Shown in pieces: positions 10,872 through 23,710 of a stretch of 45,713 bases of DNA (positions are counted from its first letter, which is position 1; every line of letters starts with the position of its first letter). The DNA is from Priapulus caudatus (lineage: Eukaryota), in contig NW_014577072.1 in the NCBI RefSeq assembly GCF_000485595.1, forward strand, positions 110,264 to 155,976, read 5' to 3'. Both the position numbers and the translations under genes were made by a program. The notes under the pieces are model-generated. The model saw only the letters and a list, made by a program, of their open reading frames with translations. It was not told where the DNA came from and ran no database searches.

Positions 10872-11163
10872 TTTAATGAATATTAAACCTTGTATACATT
10901 CCATAACCTATATAAACATGAATGGCGCTATTGAGTTAAAAGTCGAACAACAATATACGAGCAGAACAATCCGTTTAATTATAGATCTACTGACTTTGTT
11001 AACTATGGCCAGCCATTACGGTTTCCGCAGGCACAACCGTAACGCGAGCTATAATAGTTACTAGAGCTTATAAGACTACATACAATAGATAACTTAAAAC
11101 AATAGCGCAATTCATGTTTATATAGGTTATGGAATGCATAACAAGGTTTAATTATTCATTAAA

Positions 11164-11205
11164 GTTGTCTGATATCGCGCAAGCGTAAAACTTAGAGTAA
11201 ACAGC
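11164..11205 (+). ncRNA. Degenerate hammerhead motif copy
   Basis: GTTGTCTGATATCGCGCAAGCGTAAAACTTAGAGTAAACAGC is the 5067-5108 motif with single-base indels. Confidence 0.6.
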
Positions 11206-12394
11206 TTACAAAGTGATGTCTGTTCTTTAAAATTTATCTACAGAACTACAATATATTAACTGCTCCACTGCAACCTAAATAGCATTGAGCACTCTACCGC
11301 AGTGTAGACCCAAGCATCCAGACTTAGATATATATTTATATATAATATATATATATATATGTGTGTGTGTTACTAATCTTTTATTACAATACAACATACA
11401 TTATTACATACTTTTACATACATATATATATTTTGTCATTTAATTGTGATTATATATATAATATATATCAAATCAAAAAAGCAACACACAACCAAGCAAA
11501 CAACAAACCCACACACATGTGCGCGCGGCCGGTGCATACCATCATTTTTTTTTTTTTTTTTATTATAAGGTGTGTTGTGCGTCGTGCATGTGCGAGAGTT
11601 TACAGCGGGCCTATACATACTAATATCTAATTATAAACGACGTAATATATGTATATAAGGTTAAAAATATTATCCATTGCGTAAATGATGTATATGTATA
11701 AATATATGTATAAATGTAATAGTAATATGAATATGTTTCTGCGTGTGCGCGCGGTCGTGCGTGTATCTGTCGCTATAGCTCTCATCAGTCTCCTGCTATC
11801 TCTTATCTTTCACTCGCTCTCCCACTCTCTCTCCCTCTGTTTTCGCTCTCGGCGCTCGTGCGTACTCCCTCGATTCTATCGCCCGTCTCTCATCGTGTGA
11901 CCTCTTGTTGGCCTTCTCTTCTGTCTATATTTTGTTTCGCCCTCTCTCTCATTGCTCTCTCCTGATCATTATCTCTCTCGGCTTTCGCCTCTATTCTCCT
12001 CATTTGCTCTCCCCTCATCTCTCCTCATTGCTCTTCTCTCCCTATCTCTCTTTTCTCTCGCTCTTCATTGTCTCTCACACTCTTTCTCTCTTCTGGTCTC
12101 GTAAAAATTCCCAGGAGTTATTTTTCTCACGGCGGCAGCTCAGTGTCCGCAAGCGTGTATGTTCAGTATGTCGTCCCGTCGCGTGTAAGGTGTGATTTAT
12201 CACCTTACGACTAGTAGAAAACACGGCAGCACATATGCGTTCTTACCTCGCTGTGCGTGGGTGGTAATTACACACGCTACGAAACAAAAGAGATTCCTGT
12301 TACTAGCTAGCAACCTGATCACTGGCAAAACAGGCAATGAGCATCTTGGTTAACTGGATGCGCTTTTTGGTGCTGCTCAACAGAATCTGAAGAA

Positions 12395-12725
12395 GACCAG
12401 AGAGTGAGGTGTATATGTGTCTGAGAGTAAGTGTGGTGTGTGGATGTAGTGTGTGGGGTGGCCTGTGTGTGTGTGTGCTGTGTGCTGTGGATGTGTTGTG
12501 TGTGTGATGTGTGTGTGTGTGTGTGTTGTGTGTGAGATGGGTTGTGGTGTGTTTGTATGTTATGTGGTGTGGGAGAGGAGAGAGAGACAGGGAAGAGGTC
12601 GTGTGGTGTGAGAGCGAAGATGAACCAGAGAGGATGTGTGTACTGTGTCAGAGAGAAAGAGGTGCGTGTGTGTATGTGGGAGAGAGAGATAGAGAGAGAG
12701 AGAGAGGTGTGCGCGCGTGTGTGTG

Positions 12726-12762
<37 letters not shown>

Positions 12763-12904
12763 TGTTTGTGTTGTGTGTGTGTGTGACAGAGAGAGAGAGA
12801 GAGAGAGAGGTGTGCGCTGGCGTGTGTGTGTGTGAGAGAGAGAGAGGTGTGCGCGCGTGCGTGTGTGTGTGTGAGAGAGAGAACCAGGGAGGGAGGGTGT
12901 ATGT

Positions 12905-12939
<35 letters not shown>

Positions 12940-13349
12940 GTGCGCTCGTGCGTGTGTGTGTGAGAGAGAGGGAGAGAGAGAACCAGGGAGGGAGGGTGTA
13001 TGTGTCGGAGAGAGAGAGAGAGGTGTGCGCGCGTGCGTGTGTGTGTGAGAGAGAGAGAGAGAGCCAGAGAGGGAGTGCGTATGTATCAGAGAGAGAGAGG
13101 TGTGCGTGTGCGTGTGTGCGCGCGCGCGCGCGCGTGTGTGTGTGAGAGAGAGGTGTGCGTGTGCGTGTTTGTGTGACAGAGAGGGAACCAGAGAGGAAGT
13201 GTGTATGTGTCAGAGAGAGAGAGAGGTGTGTGCGCGCGCGTGTGTGTGTGTGTGTGAGAGAGAGAGAACCTGAGAGGGAGTGTGTATGTGTCTGAGAGAG
13301 AGAGAGAGAGAGAGAGAAGAGATCGAGAGGGAGTTGGTCTGAGAGAGAG

Positions 13350-13397
<48 letters not shown>

Positions 13398-13406
13398 AGA
13401 GAGAGA

Positions 13407-13459
<53 letters not shown>

Positions 13460-13576
13460 GTGCGTGCTTGTGTTGTGTGTGTGTGACAGAGAGAGAAATA
13501 GCGAGAGAACCAGAGAGGTGTGCGCGCGTGTGTGTGTGTGTGAGAGAGAGAGAGAGGAGGGGGGTGCGCGTGTGTA

Positions 13577-13649
<73 letters not shown>

Positions 13650-13665
13650 GAGGGGTGTGTGCGTG

Positions 13666-13738
<73 letters not shown>

Positions 13739-13918
13739 CGGTGTGCGTGTTTGTGTTGTGTGTGTTAGCAGAGAGAGAACCAGAGGCGAGCTGTGTATGT
13801 GTCCAGAGAGAGAGAGAGAAGTGTGCTGTGTGCGCGCGCGTGTGTGTGTGTGAGAGAGAAGAGAAACATGAGAGGAGTGTGTATGTTCTGAGAGAGGTGT
13901 GGTGTGTAGTGTGTGTCG

Positions 13919-13969
<51 letters not shown>

Positions 13970-14076
13970 AAAAAGGGAGTGTATGTGTCAGAGAGAGAGA
14001 GAGAGGTGTTTGTGTTTATGTTGTGTGTGTGTGACAGAGAGAGAGAGTGAGAGAACCAGAGAGGGAGTGTGTATGT

Positions 14077-14133
<57 letters not shown>

Positions 14134-14183
14134 GCGTGTGTGTGTGTGAGTGAGAGAGTGAACCAGAGAGGGAGTGTGTATGT

Positions 14184-14237
<54 letters not shown>

Positions 14238-14340
14238 AGAGAGTGTTGCGCGGCGCGCGTGTGTGCTGTGTGAGTATGAGAGGAGAGAGAAGAGAGAGAG
14301 AGAGAGAAGACCAAAAGAGGGAGTGTTTGGAGGGGTGAAA
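12395..14340. repeat. Composite (GA)n/(GT)n satellite with a recurring AACCAGAGAGGGAGTGTGTATGTGTCAGAG anchor
   Basis: The anchor motif recurs roughly ten times between GA and GT runs. Confidence 0.9.
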
Positions 14341-14354
14341 CTAACGTAGGCACG

Positions 14355-14927
14355 CATGAGCAAATAAGCCGTTGGGCAGACGTTGGCAAAATGACGTTGG
14401 GGGCCAACGTTGGCAATATGACGTGGGCCAACGTGGGCGAATATGACGTTGGGTCAACGTGCAATAGACGTTGGGCCAACGTTGGCAATATGTCGTTGGG
14501 CAACTCGTTGCAGTATGACGTTGGCCAACGTTGGCAGTATGAACGTTAGCGGCCACACGTGGCAGTATGAGTGTTGGGCCAACGTTGGCAATATGACGTT
14601 GGCGCCAACGTTGGCAATATGACGTTGGGCAACGTTTTGGACATATGACGTTGGCCAGACGTTGCAATATGACGTTGGGCCAACGTTGCAATATGACGTG
14701 GGCGCCAACGTTGGCAATATGACGTTGGGCCACGTTGGCATATATGACGTTGGGCCAACGATGGCCAAGTTGGGCAACGTCGGCTTCCAACGTTGGGGCC
14801 AACGTCCACCCAACGAGAGCAAAAATCCGTTGGGGCCAACGTGGCAGCCAACGTGGCCAACGTTGGCATGGGCTGAAGACAGCCGTTGGCAACGTCTGGG
14901 CGCTAACGTCAGCATGGTTATCTGGGA
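14355..14927. mobile_element. Non-autonomous element with internal ~24-bp palindromic repeats (TATGACGTTGGGCCAACGTTGGCAA) ending in ...ATCTGGGA
   Basis: Internal tandem palindromes. The terminus AGCATGGTTATCTGGGA matches AGCATGCCATCTGGGA at the end of the short copy at 22085-22146. Confidence 0.6.
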
Positions 14928-15465
14928 TGTCATTTTCGTAAATGTGGGGGTAGCCTCTTTAAAATCGACAGGGGTGCTGTTGAGGGTGTTCTTTGTTCAT
15001 TTCGACTGATAAACATTATGTGAGTTAACTTCATAACCGGCATAAGTCATAAGTGTTAATCTTCAAGACAAAAGTCCTGGGGACTATAAGTATAACGAAG
15101 ATGTAGAGAGAAGTGGATCAAGTTGGTAGATCCACACTGCGGCGCAGCGGAAAAGGTTGTGAATTGTGCTATTACTAAGGATGAAGGCAGTGAATTCAAA
15201 TACGGAATCACAGAGAGACAAAGAAGCTAAACTTAAACAGGAAGTGTCGAAAAAATGCGTTGAAGCGACCCTACTCGCCCGTTTTCGGCCGTTTCTGACC
15301 ATTGCGAAGCGCGAGAATTTCCCGTCACCTTCCTCTGCTACGGCCCTGAAATGTATGTCCGTATTTGCGCACAGGCACTTGGAACGTCTGAATAAAAAAA
15401 TGGTAAATGGTAATGGTAAATAAATGGTAAATGAACACGAAATGTACCAAAGTCAAATGTACCGA

Positions 15466-15640
15466 AATCTCCGGATTGCGGGTGTATCAGGAACGATTTC
15501 GCATTGATGCTAGGCGATGTACTGCTGTACGATTTGGCTCAAGTTGGAGGAGTTACGCGTAGCTAAATCGTAGTATTTATAAGGCCTAGTAAATCGACGA
15601 ATTCCCCTGTTTATGATGTCACACGTCCTTCCCTATTATC
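15466..15640. repeat. ~180-bp dispersed repeat with a second copy at ~21895-22072
   Basis: TCTCCGGATTGC...TGCTAGGCGA(A)TGTACTG...TACGATTTG...CAAGTT...GAGTTACGC is shared. Confidence 0.8.
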
Positions 15641-16277
15641 TACTCCTGATATATATATATCTATATTTATATATGTATATATATTAATATATATCTATAT
15701 AGATCGACATATATGGATATCTGTATATATGTATATATATCTCTATATTAGTATATATATGTATGTATAGATATATATATCTATATATATATCTCTGTAT
15801 AAGCACATGTATTGTGTAGTGTATATAGCATAGTGGCGCCATCTATGATATCGGTAGAAAAAATGGCTTTTATTGGGACCCATGTTCTCTATCCTTGGGA
15901 CTTGAAACGTGACAGCGCTCAGTTGCTATAGCCACTCCCACAAACACACCGTGGTCTTCAACAATTCATAAGAACAGTGCTTTGTATTTTGATATGTCAA
16001 GAAAGCGCGAGGGAACACTAGAAACCTTTGATCATGTATGCTTGTCAATGTCAGAATCTTCAGTGTGGGTATCAGTGAATGCAATCAGGATGTGGTACTG
16101 CTGGTAGTGTAGAACTAGAAGTAGAGAAGTACATATGGTAGTATGGAACAGCTGCATTGCCGACCAAAGTCACCGTGTGACGACTAAAACATACAGAGTG
16201 GCTATATGTCCGGCAGCCGGCATTTACTTCATAGTTCACTAAGTTCAGACCCATTGGGTAGGGCGACTCGATAGGTG

Positions 16278-16522
16278 TACATAAGAAGCATGGGGCCAAC
16301 AAAAGAAGCATGGACCAACATAAGAAGCATGGGGCCAACTACATAAGAAGCATAAGAAGCACTACATAAGAAGCACTACATAAGAACACATAAGAACACA
16401 TAAGAAGCACTACATAAGAAGCACTACATAACATAAGCACTACATAAGCACTACATAAGCACTACATAAGATAACATTAGCACTACATAAGAAGCACTAA
16501 CATAAGAAGCATGGGGCCAACA
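16278..16522. repeat. Minisatellite ACATAAGAAGCA(CT)
   Basis: Read directly. Confidence 0.9.
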
Positions 16523-18119
16523 ATAAAATATGGCACTAAAAATAGTGACTGTATAGCATTACCACATGGTATATTTACAAGTTGAGTGAGTCTCTGCTAT
16601 GATCTAGTAATCTAGTATTGTGAAACACTCAATTACACTGAAAACAAATATCACATTCTAAAAACACATTCAATATCAAGCATTTCTTTCACGACTTCAA
16701 TCATACACATTCTTCATATAGAAATTTTTTCGACCTTGGCGGCACGCAACTGAGCGAACCACCACGCCAATGTCCGTCAAGCGGGTGTGCAATACGGCAA
16801 CGGCCCGGTTGAAACAGGATTTATCTACGGATGAGCGAAAGTCCGGTGCCATACCGTTAAGGCTCTGGCTCGCCGCGTCAAATATTCTCGAGTGGTAAGT
16901 TATGTATCACTGTTTTACAAAGTCCGGTTGCGGCAATACAGTTTCATATGTTAATCGTCTCCAAGAAATTTTTGTCAGAACAGCAAGAAATGCTGGCTGC
17001 TTAATTATTTATTGTATTCCGTGTTCTTCATTCCATGTTGTTTTGTAATTGTGTAGGTAATGAAGAGACTTGAATAGTAATGTATACATCACTGTAGAAT
17101 GATATGCTATATCCAGTATGTGTTGTTTCCCAGGAGGTATATTGTGTTTGGCTAGTAAAATCTCACACGCATAGAAGGTAAATGCATATAAATATCGACA
17201 CATTTTTGTTGTGTGTTGTCACTTCAACCTGATGCATGGTTTTGTGCGTTATTTACCCTTTTTGGCACAAGTGACGTTTTGACTCCGTAGATTTTGTGAA
17301 GGTGTTTTACTCTGATTGTTCACAGTACAAATCATGTTTTCTAATGCATATTATGTAATTAGGTGGAATACTACAGTGGCAAGCTCGGTATTTCCAAGCT
17401 GAGAGTTCCCTTTCAAGCCCCGCCGGCATATACATGATAGCCGATGGCGTTTAAAACAAACAAAAGGTAAATGTTTATTTGCTATGTTTCTTCTACTTGT
17501 GATATTGATACTTTGGTGATACTTGTGATATGTAGCATATAGTGCTATAGAGTGATTATAGTTAACTAATCTCAGCTTAATCGATCGAAGCATTGAATTA
17601 TTTCCACACGTTGGTGGGATAGGAGGGCCATTAGTATTGTCCCTACTTGCCTATTCGTATTGTTAATGCTTGTTAGCCTGGTCTTTTCTTCGTCAAACTA
17701 ATGTCTTGTGTTTATGCTTATGCAATTTATGTGAATTCATGTGAATGTGAAATTTGCTATCATGAGAATTTGTGCGGTTCTGTAACAACTCTATTCTTGT
17801 GTAATTATAGTGTTTTGCACCCATCATAGATGATGTGGACTTGTAGGGCACTCTTATTATATGTCAATTTCTACTGTATAGGTTGTGTTTTGTCGATGCA
17901 GTGGACTTTCATCCGATAGCGTGGAACCCTGCTGTCGGCACTCAGACAAATATTAACAGGAGGTTGTTGAGGCTTCATGGTAGTATGCCCAACAGTGCGG
18001 TCATGGGCAAATTGTACTTGGCGAAGGTCTTGCAATGCATTTGTGCTTTTGCAGATAAATCTCAATGTACAATTTCTCAATGCGACATTTATAAAGATAT
18101 CTCAAGATGAGACTGTATG

Positions 18120-18616
18120 CAAGACCTGCAACTGTTACGTATTGGGCGGTAATTTGTTACGGACGCGAGTCAAAATTACGGTGTTAGGACGACCATCGAA
18201 AAATTTTACGGACAGCAAGAAATCTCTGAAATTTATATTTTGTTAATGCAAAAAAAAATAAATAAAACACAGTGTAAAATCAAACTATTATCATGTAACA
18301 TGCCTACTGTGTCTGTAAGATTTTAGAGCTAATAGCTCCTTAAAACGTACGGTACTCAGCTGAAAATGGTAGAATTATGCTGTTGTTAGGCGCTCGTCTG
18401 TCTGGTTTAATGGGCGCAGCCATTTTGAAGTGACGTCACGGATCCAGCGAATCGAGTAAAGCGCACTGAAGGCTATTTTTCAGCCAATCAGCCAATTATG
18501 TTATTATTATACTGGTATAAAGACCTGACAAAAGTGTTCTGGACAAAGTGCCTATTTTGTTAGCGAAAATCGCAATAAATTATTACTGATGATATCAGAT
18601 GGGGTTGGCAGGTCTG
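18120..18616. mobile_element. hAT-like MITE with CAGACCTGCCAAC-type TIRs and a 6-bp TSD TGTATG
   Basis: Left end CAAGACCTGCAAC at 18120 (noisy), right end GTTGGCAGGTCTG at 18604-18616. TGTATG lies at 18114-18119 and 18617-18622. Confidence 0.78.
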
Positions 18617-19475
18617 TGTATGTCACACGTTTTTGTTATGCGTGATTCAAGTTGGTTATAGGCGTAGTGTAAATAAAAGGTTTCATTATAATTATCAACG
18701 AAGTTTCATTTGTGATTGAATTCTAAGAGAAATCAGTATTAAATTTAAAGATGTAAAGATGTAAAACTGCAGTCTGGTGATCAGCCATTATACTTATAGT
18801 GACCACTTAAGACTCTAATCTAATACACAGTATAGCTAATTGACCTTTACCTGCCTTTGGAGATTGACAGGTGACTCCTGACTAATCATTGATGTGATAA
18901 CTTTGTTCTAAAGTAAGTTCTTATAGCCGAAGTCTCAACCCTAGTTGTGTGTTGTTGTGTGTGTGTGTGTGTGTGTGTTGTGAAAAAGCAACATGTAAAC
19001 TTGGTATAGTGGCTTGACTGATAAACAACAATCTACCGGGAGGGGGCATCTTTTTCTTGCTCATGTCGTCAGCCGACCATCAGCTATAGGCTATAGATCA
19101 GTTGGCATCTAAACATCAATAGTGTATGAATGTACGTTTATCATTAATTATTTTTGAAAATTTAAAATGAATTGTTTCACATTTATAACTGATATAGTGT
19201 TTATACATTATTAAACAATTTGGTCATGTTAGTGATCATGCTATTAATGAAATGCATAAGAGAGCTTCGGTCCATAAATTTTATTGCTAAGAAATTTGTA
19301 GCTGTAACACATTTAACTGTTGTTATTCTAATGAATTACTGATGAAAAAGGTTCCTATCTGTAAAATCTGTGATGTGTGTTATTGTTTTTATCTGCAGGT
19401 TGAAACCAGTCGAACTGTAGGTAGCATAGAGACATCAGAATATGAGGTAGGTCAATATTACTGTAAACATTGTAG

Positions 19476-19962
19476 TTTTTAGTTCATCTGATATAGTCAG
19501 ATGCAGCTTGTAGAATCGCTTGATCGTCCGTGCCGTGCGTACGTGTGACCGTCGTCCTGCCGTGCGTTCCGTCAACATGGTTGGGCAACAAATCTTAACC
19601 GCTCGACGTACGGTCACGATATTCGGCACATTGGGGGGATCGTCAAAACGAGTTGGGATGTCGAAGCTGGGGGTCAAAGGTCAAAGGTCAAGAGGTGTTA
19701 AAGAAGGGGGAAATTCCTCCTTAACTTATAGGTATAGGAGGAAATGCAGAATTGCGGCACAAATCTAAGATGGCTCGACGCTAGGCTCGTGGATAGTTGG
19801 TGTAGTAGCATCATGGTAGGAAAAGCCATCACTGTGCCGAATTGGAGGTCAACCGGTCAGAAGGTCAATGGGCACACCGGCAGATTTTAGACATTTTTCT
19901 GGGACATGGTCTGACGGAGCGATTGAAAACTTTTTTGTTCAGCGGGTGACCTAGCATTTTTT
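19476..19962 (+). mobile_element. HINE / non-autonomous Helentron-like element
   Basis: T-run followed by a hairpin AGTTCATCTGA...TCAGATGCAGCT, then a CGTC-type microsatellite and internal GGTCAAAGGTCAAAGGTCA, the layout of lophotrochozoan HINEs. The 3' end is approximate. Confidence 0.6.
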
Positions 19963-20949
19963 ATAGCATTATTGAAAGGACCATATGAATCTACTTTTTG
20001 CTGACATGCGCAGACGTAAGTGTCAGACTAACGTTGACCCCTCAGAGGAGGGTTAAACTTGGATTTGTTGACTGTCTGTTTAGACAGAATTGACTGCGCC
20101 GGGTTTGCTAGTAGAATCTATACATGCGCTGATGTATGAGGCTACAATGTCACAGTGAAATTTCAAAAGCTAAATTTGGTTAAAGAAGGTGTATGTTTGT
20201 TAAATGCGTATAATTTGCTATGGCTTCTGTACTGTGCCAAGTGATTTACATGTAAGGTATGCCACTGGCCAGTGGCTGCTGGCCAGTGCATGTTTGTTGG
20301 TGTAGTTTTTTTGCCTGCGTTAATTGTTACAGGTGGGCAGCTCTCTATTGCAATTTGGGCAGCCTGTAGGCTTGCGTAGGTAAATGGATGAGTGCTTACC
20401 TACTCTCTGCTCTTGCAAATAGTTGTTGCTAACCACGTACGATGAGAGTTCGCATCTTTAATCTGAAGACACTTAAACGTACGCGCATCACATACACGCT
20501 GCAACTTTCATACGATTCAACGAACATTCCTTGAGAAAGGTTCTCGATATCATCTGTGCATTCCACTGTTTCGGCGTGTTATGTGAAGCGACATTTGGGA
20601 CTAACAGGTACTTAGATTCCACCACTCCACCACAGAGTCCCGCAGTAGACGTTAGGATGACGCTGTCGCTCCGCGGCCACTTGTTCTCTGTGACGAAGGC
20701 TGGATAAACTATTGCAGTGCTTATAGAACGGTTAAAGGAACACATGACATAGGTTCCTTGGCAATATTTTCAGTTAAAATAGTTTTAAATTACGCTATTA
20801 TAAAAATTTTCAATTGTTCAATATTCATTAGATATATTTTTATGGTAAATTTTTCATATACCTATGTGCAAAACTTTTAGATGTTTCTGACCAGTAGGTG
20901 GTGCAGCATTCATATCTCAGTATTTAAAACAGTATATTGAGATCAGTTA

Positions 20950-21157
20950 AGGCCTGCGGCGGCACACAGTGAGTTATTTACTCAAAGTAAATGACGCATG
21001 AGTCCAAATCTACTCAACGAAATTGCCGCTCGCACACGTGAGTAAAATGACGCCATGCGTCAAATTACTCAACGAAAATCCGCTGCACACGTGAGTCAAA
21101 TGACCCTCAATGCATCAATTTTAACTTGAGTAAAATAGCTGCCGTGTGCGCCGGCTT
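20950..21157. mobile_element. Small MITE with GC-rich TIRs (PIF/Harbinger-like)
   Basis: AGGCC..CGGCGGCACACAGTGAGTTATTTACTCAA ... TTGAGTAAAATAGCTGCCGTGTGCGCCGGCTT, with internal CACACGTGAGT repeats and preceded by TTAA. Confidence 0.6.
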
Positions 21158-22834
21158 TGGGTAAAATGATTCAAATGCCTGCAAACTTTGACGTGCAACA
21201 CTTTTAATTTTGATGATAGGTGTTTGTGTAAGCCTTGTATTTAGAACGAAGACAGCTGCCCATGAGTGAACATTTAATCTGCAGGACAAAGTCTTTACGA
21301 ATGTTCCAAAAATTGCTGAGGTTAAGGCGATGGCTCTGTTGGCAAAAATTAATTAGTTTACTGAAATTTGCATTAAATGTAATGTGATGGTAATTAATAG
21401 TCATCGAAAAAAATCCGGGCACTTCTTGCCATGTACTTTTCATATGGCTTTACCATTTTAACGGTAGTAATTAAAATTTGTTTTCATACTTGGTGAATAT
21501 GATGCCAGCGTGGTCAAGAGCTGTGTGCGATTGTTGATCTTTTGCACTAAAAAAAATGTGAAATTTGTTTAAGGAAATCCGAGGAAAATTGAGAAGCAGA
21601 TGAGAACAGGAAGCGATTGTATCAGTAACCAGCAGCAGAAGGGTTTGATCTCTAACATTTTGACAATAAATGCCACTATTGACGGACCGCGCACCAGCAG
21701 CAATGTAAGCTCAAGAATGTTCTCGCAAGCTGGCTGCCTGAGTGGAAATGCGAAAAAGCGAGGCCACACGCGCTTCAACCGAGGGAGCAAGAGCGCGTTA
21801 GTAGGCTGCTTTTTTTGTTTCATTCAAGCAGCCGACAATACGTTCGGATTGATGGCCAAAGAATGGATAATTGTGTGCGTACGTTTAGTCGATGTATCTC
21901 CGGATTGCTGGTGTATACGAGGAAACGAATTCGGCACGAATGCTAGGCGAATGTACTGTGTACGATTTGAGCCAAGTTGTTTGAGTTACGCATAAGTAAA
22001 TCGTTAGGTATTCCTAAGGCTAGCTAAATGACGACTTCCCTTGTATTATTGAAGTCTCACTCCTTCCTTATTAAACGTCATATTGCCAACCGTGACCGTG
22101 CCAACCAAATGCCAACGTTGGCCCAACGTAAGCATGCCATCTGGGATAGGTCTCAATGACAATGGGACCCATGTTCGCTATCCTTGAACCAGACAGGGGA
22201 ATGCATAGACATAAATAGTGACGTAAGCCTAACAGTGACACAGTAACAGTAACAGTAACAACAATTTAGTCAACAATTTAATAACAAACCTTGCTTCACC
22301 ACCTATTCAATAGGCCTAGAATTGAGGCTGTTGTAGATCCTAGCATTCAGTACGAGCGTCACCTTACAATAGTAAAGAACTGGAGATTATATGACACAGC
22401 CAACGTCACCCATTAGACACTAGTCTATATGAAATTACGGCCCACAGAAAAATACAAAAATCTGTAAGAGGAAATGGAATTGCGAGTCTGCGATACACAA
22501 CCGCTAAAGTTAAACATGCCCGGTTGCCGGGTCTATACGACGTGATAGCATTCCGAACGGTGACTCACTGACTCGGCATATTTTGTTTAGAATAGTTATC
22601 ATTTTTACAAAACCTATAATACCACTCAACACAATCATATACATTGTAGTGCCTTTATTCTTGACACCAACAGTAAACGCAAACGATTGTTACAGAATAC
22701 AAATTACATTACAATTAATATACGAACAAAATAAAATCTTTCAAGTTTAGAAATACAAATTACTGCTAGTACAAGAACGGTAGGTGTCAGCACTATCTAA
22801 TAGTTTTTACACCTAACCAGAGCATATAAATCAT

Positions 22835-23710
22835 CTCCATGACCGTCTTCATTCGATCTCCCTCTTCCGCTACCTTTCGCTACCTTCCGCTTCCGCTACT
22901 CTTTTTCTACCTTCCTCCTCCTCCTCCATCACCTTCTCCCCTCCTCCTCCTTCTCCTCTTGCCCCCTACTCCTCCTCCGAGACAGTTTTCATTCGCTCTC
23001 CATCATCTTAATTCTTCGCTTCCCCTCCTCCCCCTCCTCTTCCCCTTACTCCATCACCTTCTTCCCTCCTCCTCCTGTCCCCTCCTCCTTTTCCATGACC
23101 GTCTTCATTCAATCTACATCACCTTCTCCGCTCCTCCTCCTCCCCTACTCCATCACCTTCTCCCCTCCTCCTCCTCCTCCTCCTGCCCCCTACTCCTCCT
23201 CCATCACCTTCTCCCCTCCTCCTCCTCCTCCTCCTCCTGCCCCCTACTCCTCTTCCATGACTGTCTTTATTCGATCTCCATCACCTTCTCCTCTCCTCCC
23301 CCTACTCCTCCTCCATGACCGTCTTTATTCGATCTCCATCACCTTCTCCTCTCCTCCTCCTCCCCCTACTCCATTACCTTCTTCCCTCCTCCTCTTTCTC
23401 CTCCTGCCCCCTACTCCTCCTTCATGACCGTCTTCATTCGATCTCCATCACCTTCTCTGCTCCTCCTCCTCCCCCTACTCCATCACCTTCTCTCCTCTTC
23501 CTCCTCCTCTCCTCCTCCTCCCTCTACTTCATCACCTTCTCCCCTCCTCTTCCTCCCCATTCTCCTCCTTCTCCTCCTGCCCCCTACTCCTCCTCCATGA
23601 CTGTCTTCATTCGATCTCCATCACCTTCTCTGCTCCTCTTCCTCCCCCTCCTCCTCCTCCTCTTCCCCCTACTCCATCACCTTCTCCGCTCCTCCTCCTC
23701 CCCCTCCTCA
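22835..23710. repeat. Pyrimidine-rich minisatellite (CCATGACCGTCTTCATTCGATCTCCATCACCTTCTC + CCT runs)
   Basis: The anchor recurs about seven times; it explains the Pro/Ser/Leu ORFs. Confidence 0.92.

Larger units (their letters stand above)
10785..11360. mobile_element. Head-to-head inverted pair of Penelope-like pLTRs with TA-rich tails on both sides
   Basis: 10785-10933 is the reverse complement of ~11100-11255 (CAATAGCGCCATTCATGTTTATATAGGTTATGGAATG...AATTTATCTACAGA). 11017-11360 matches 4928-5269. Confidence 0.8.

Noticed and set aside
21573..21703. Candidate next GPCR exon (aag|GAAATCC...AAT|gtaagc)
   Set aside because: The frame required by the upstream phase-2 donor hits TGA after a few codons, and there is no TM6 motif.
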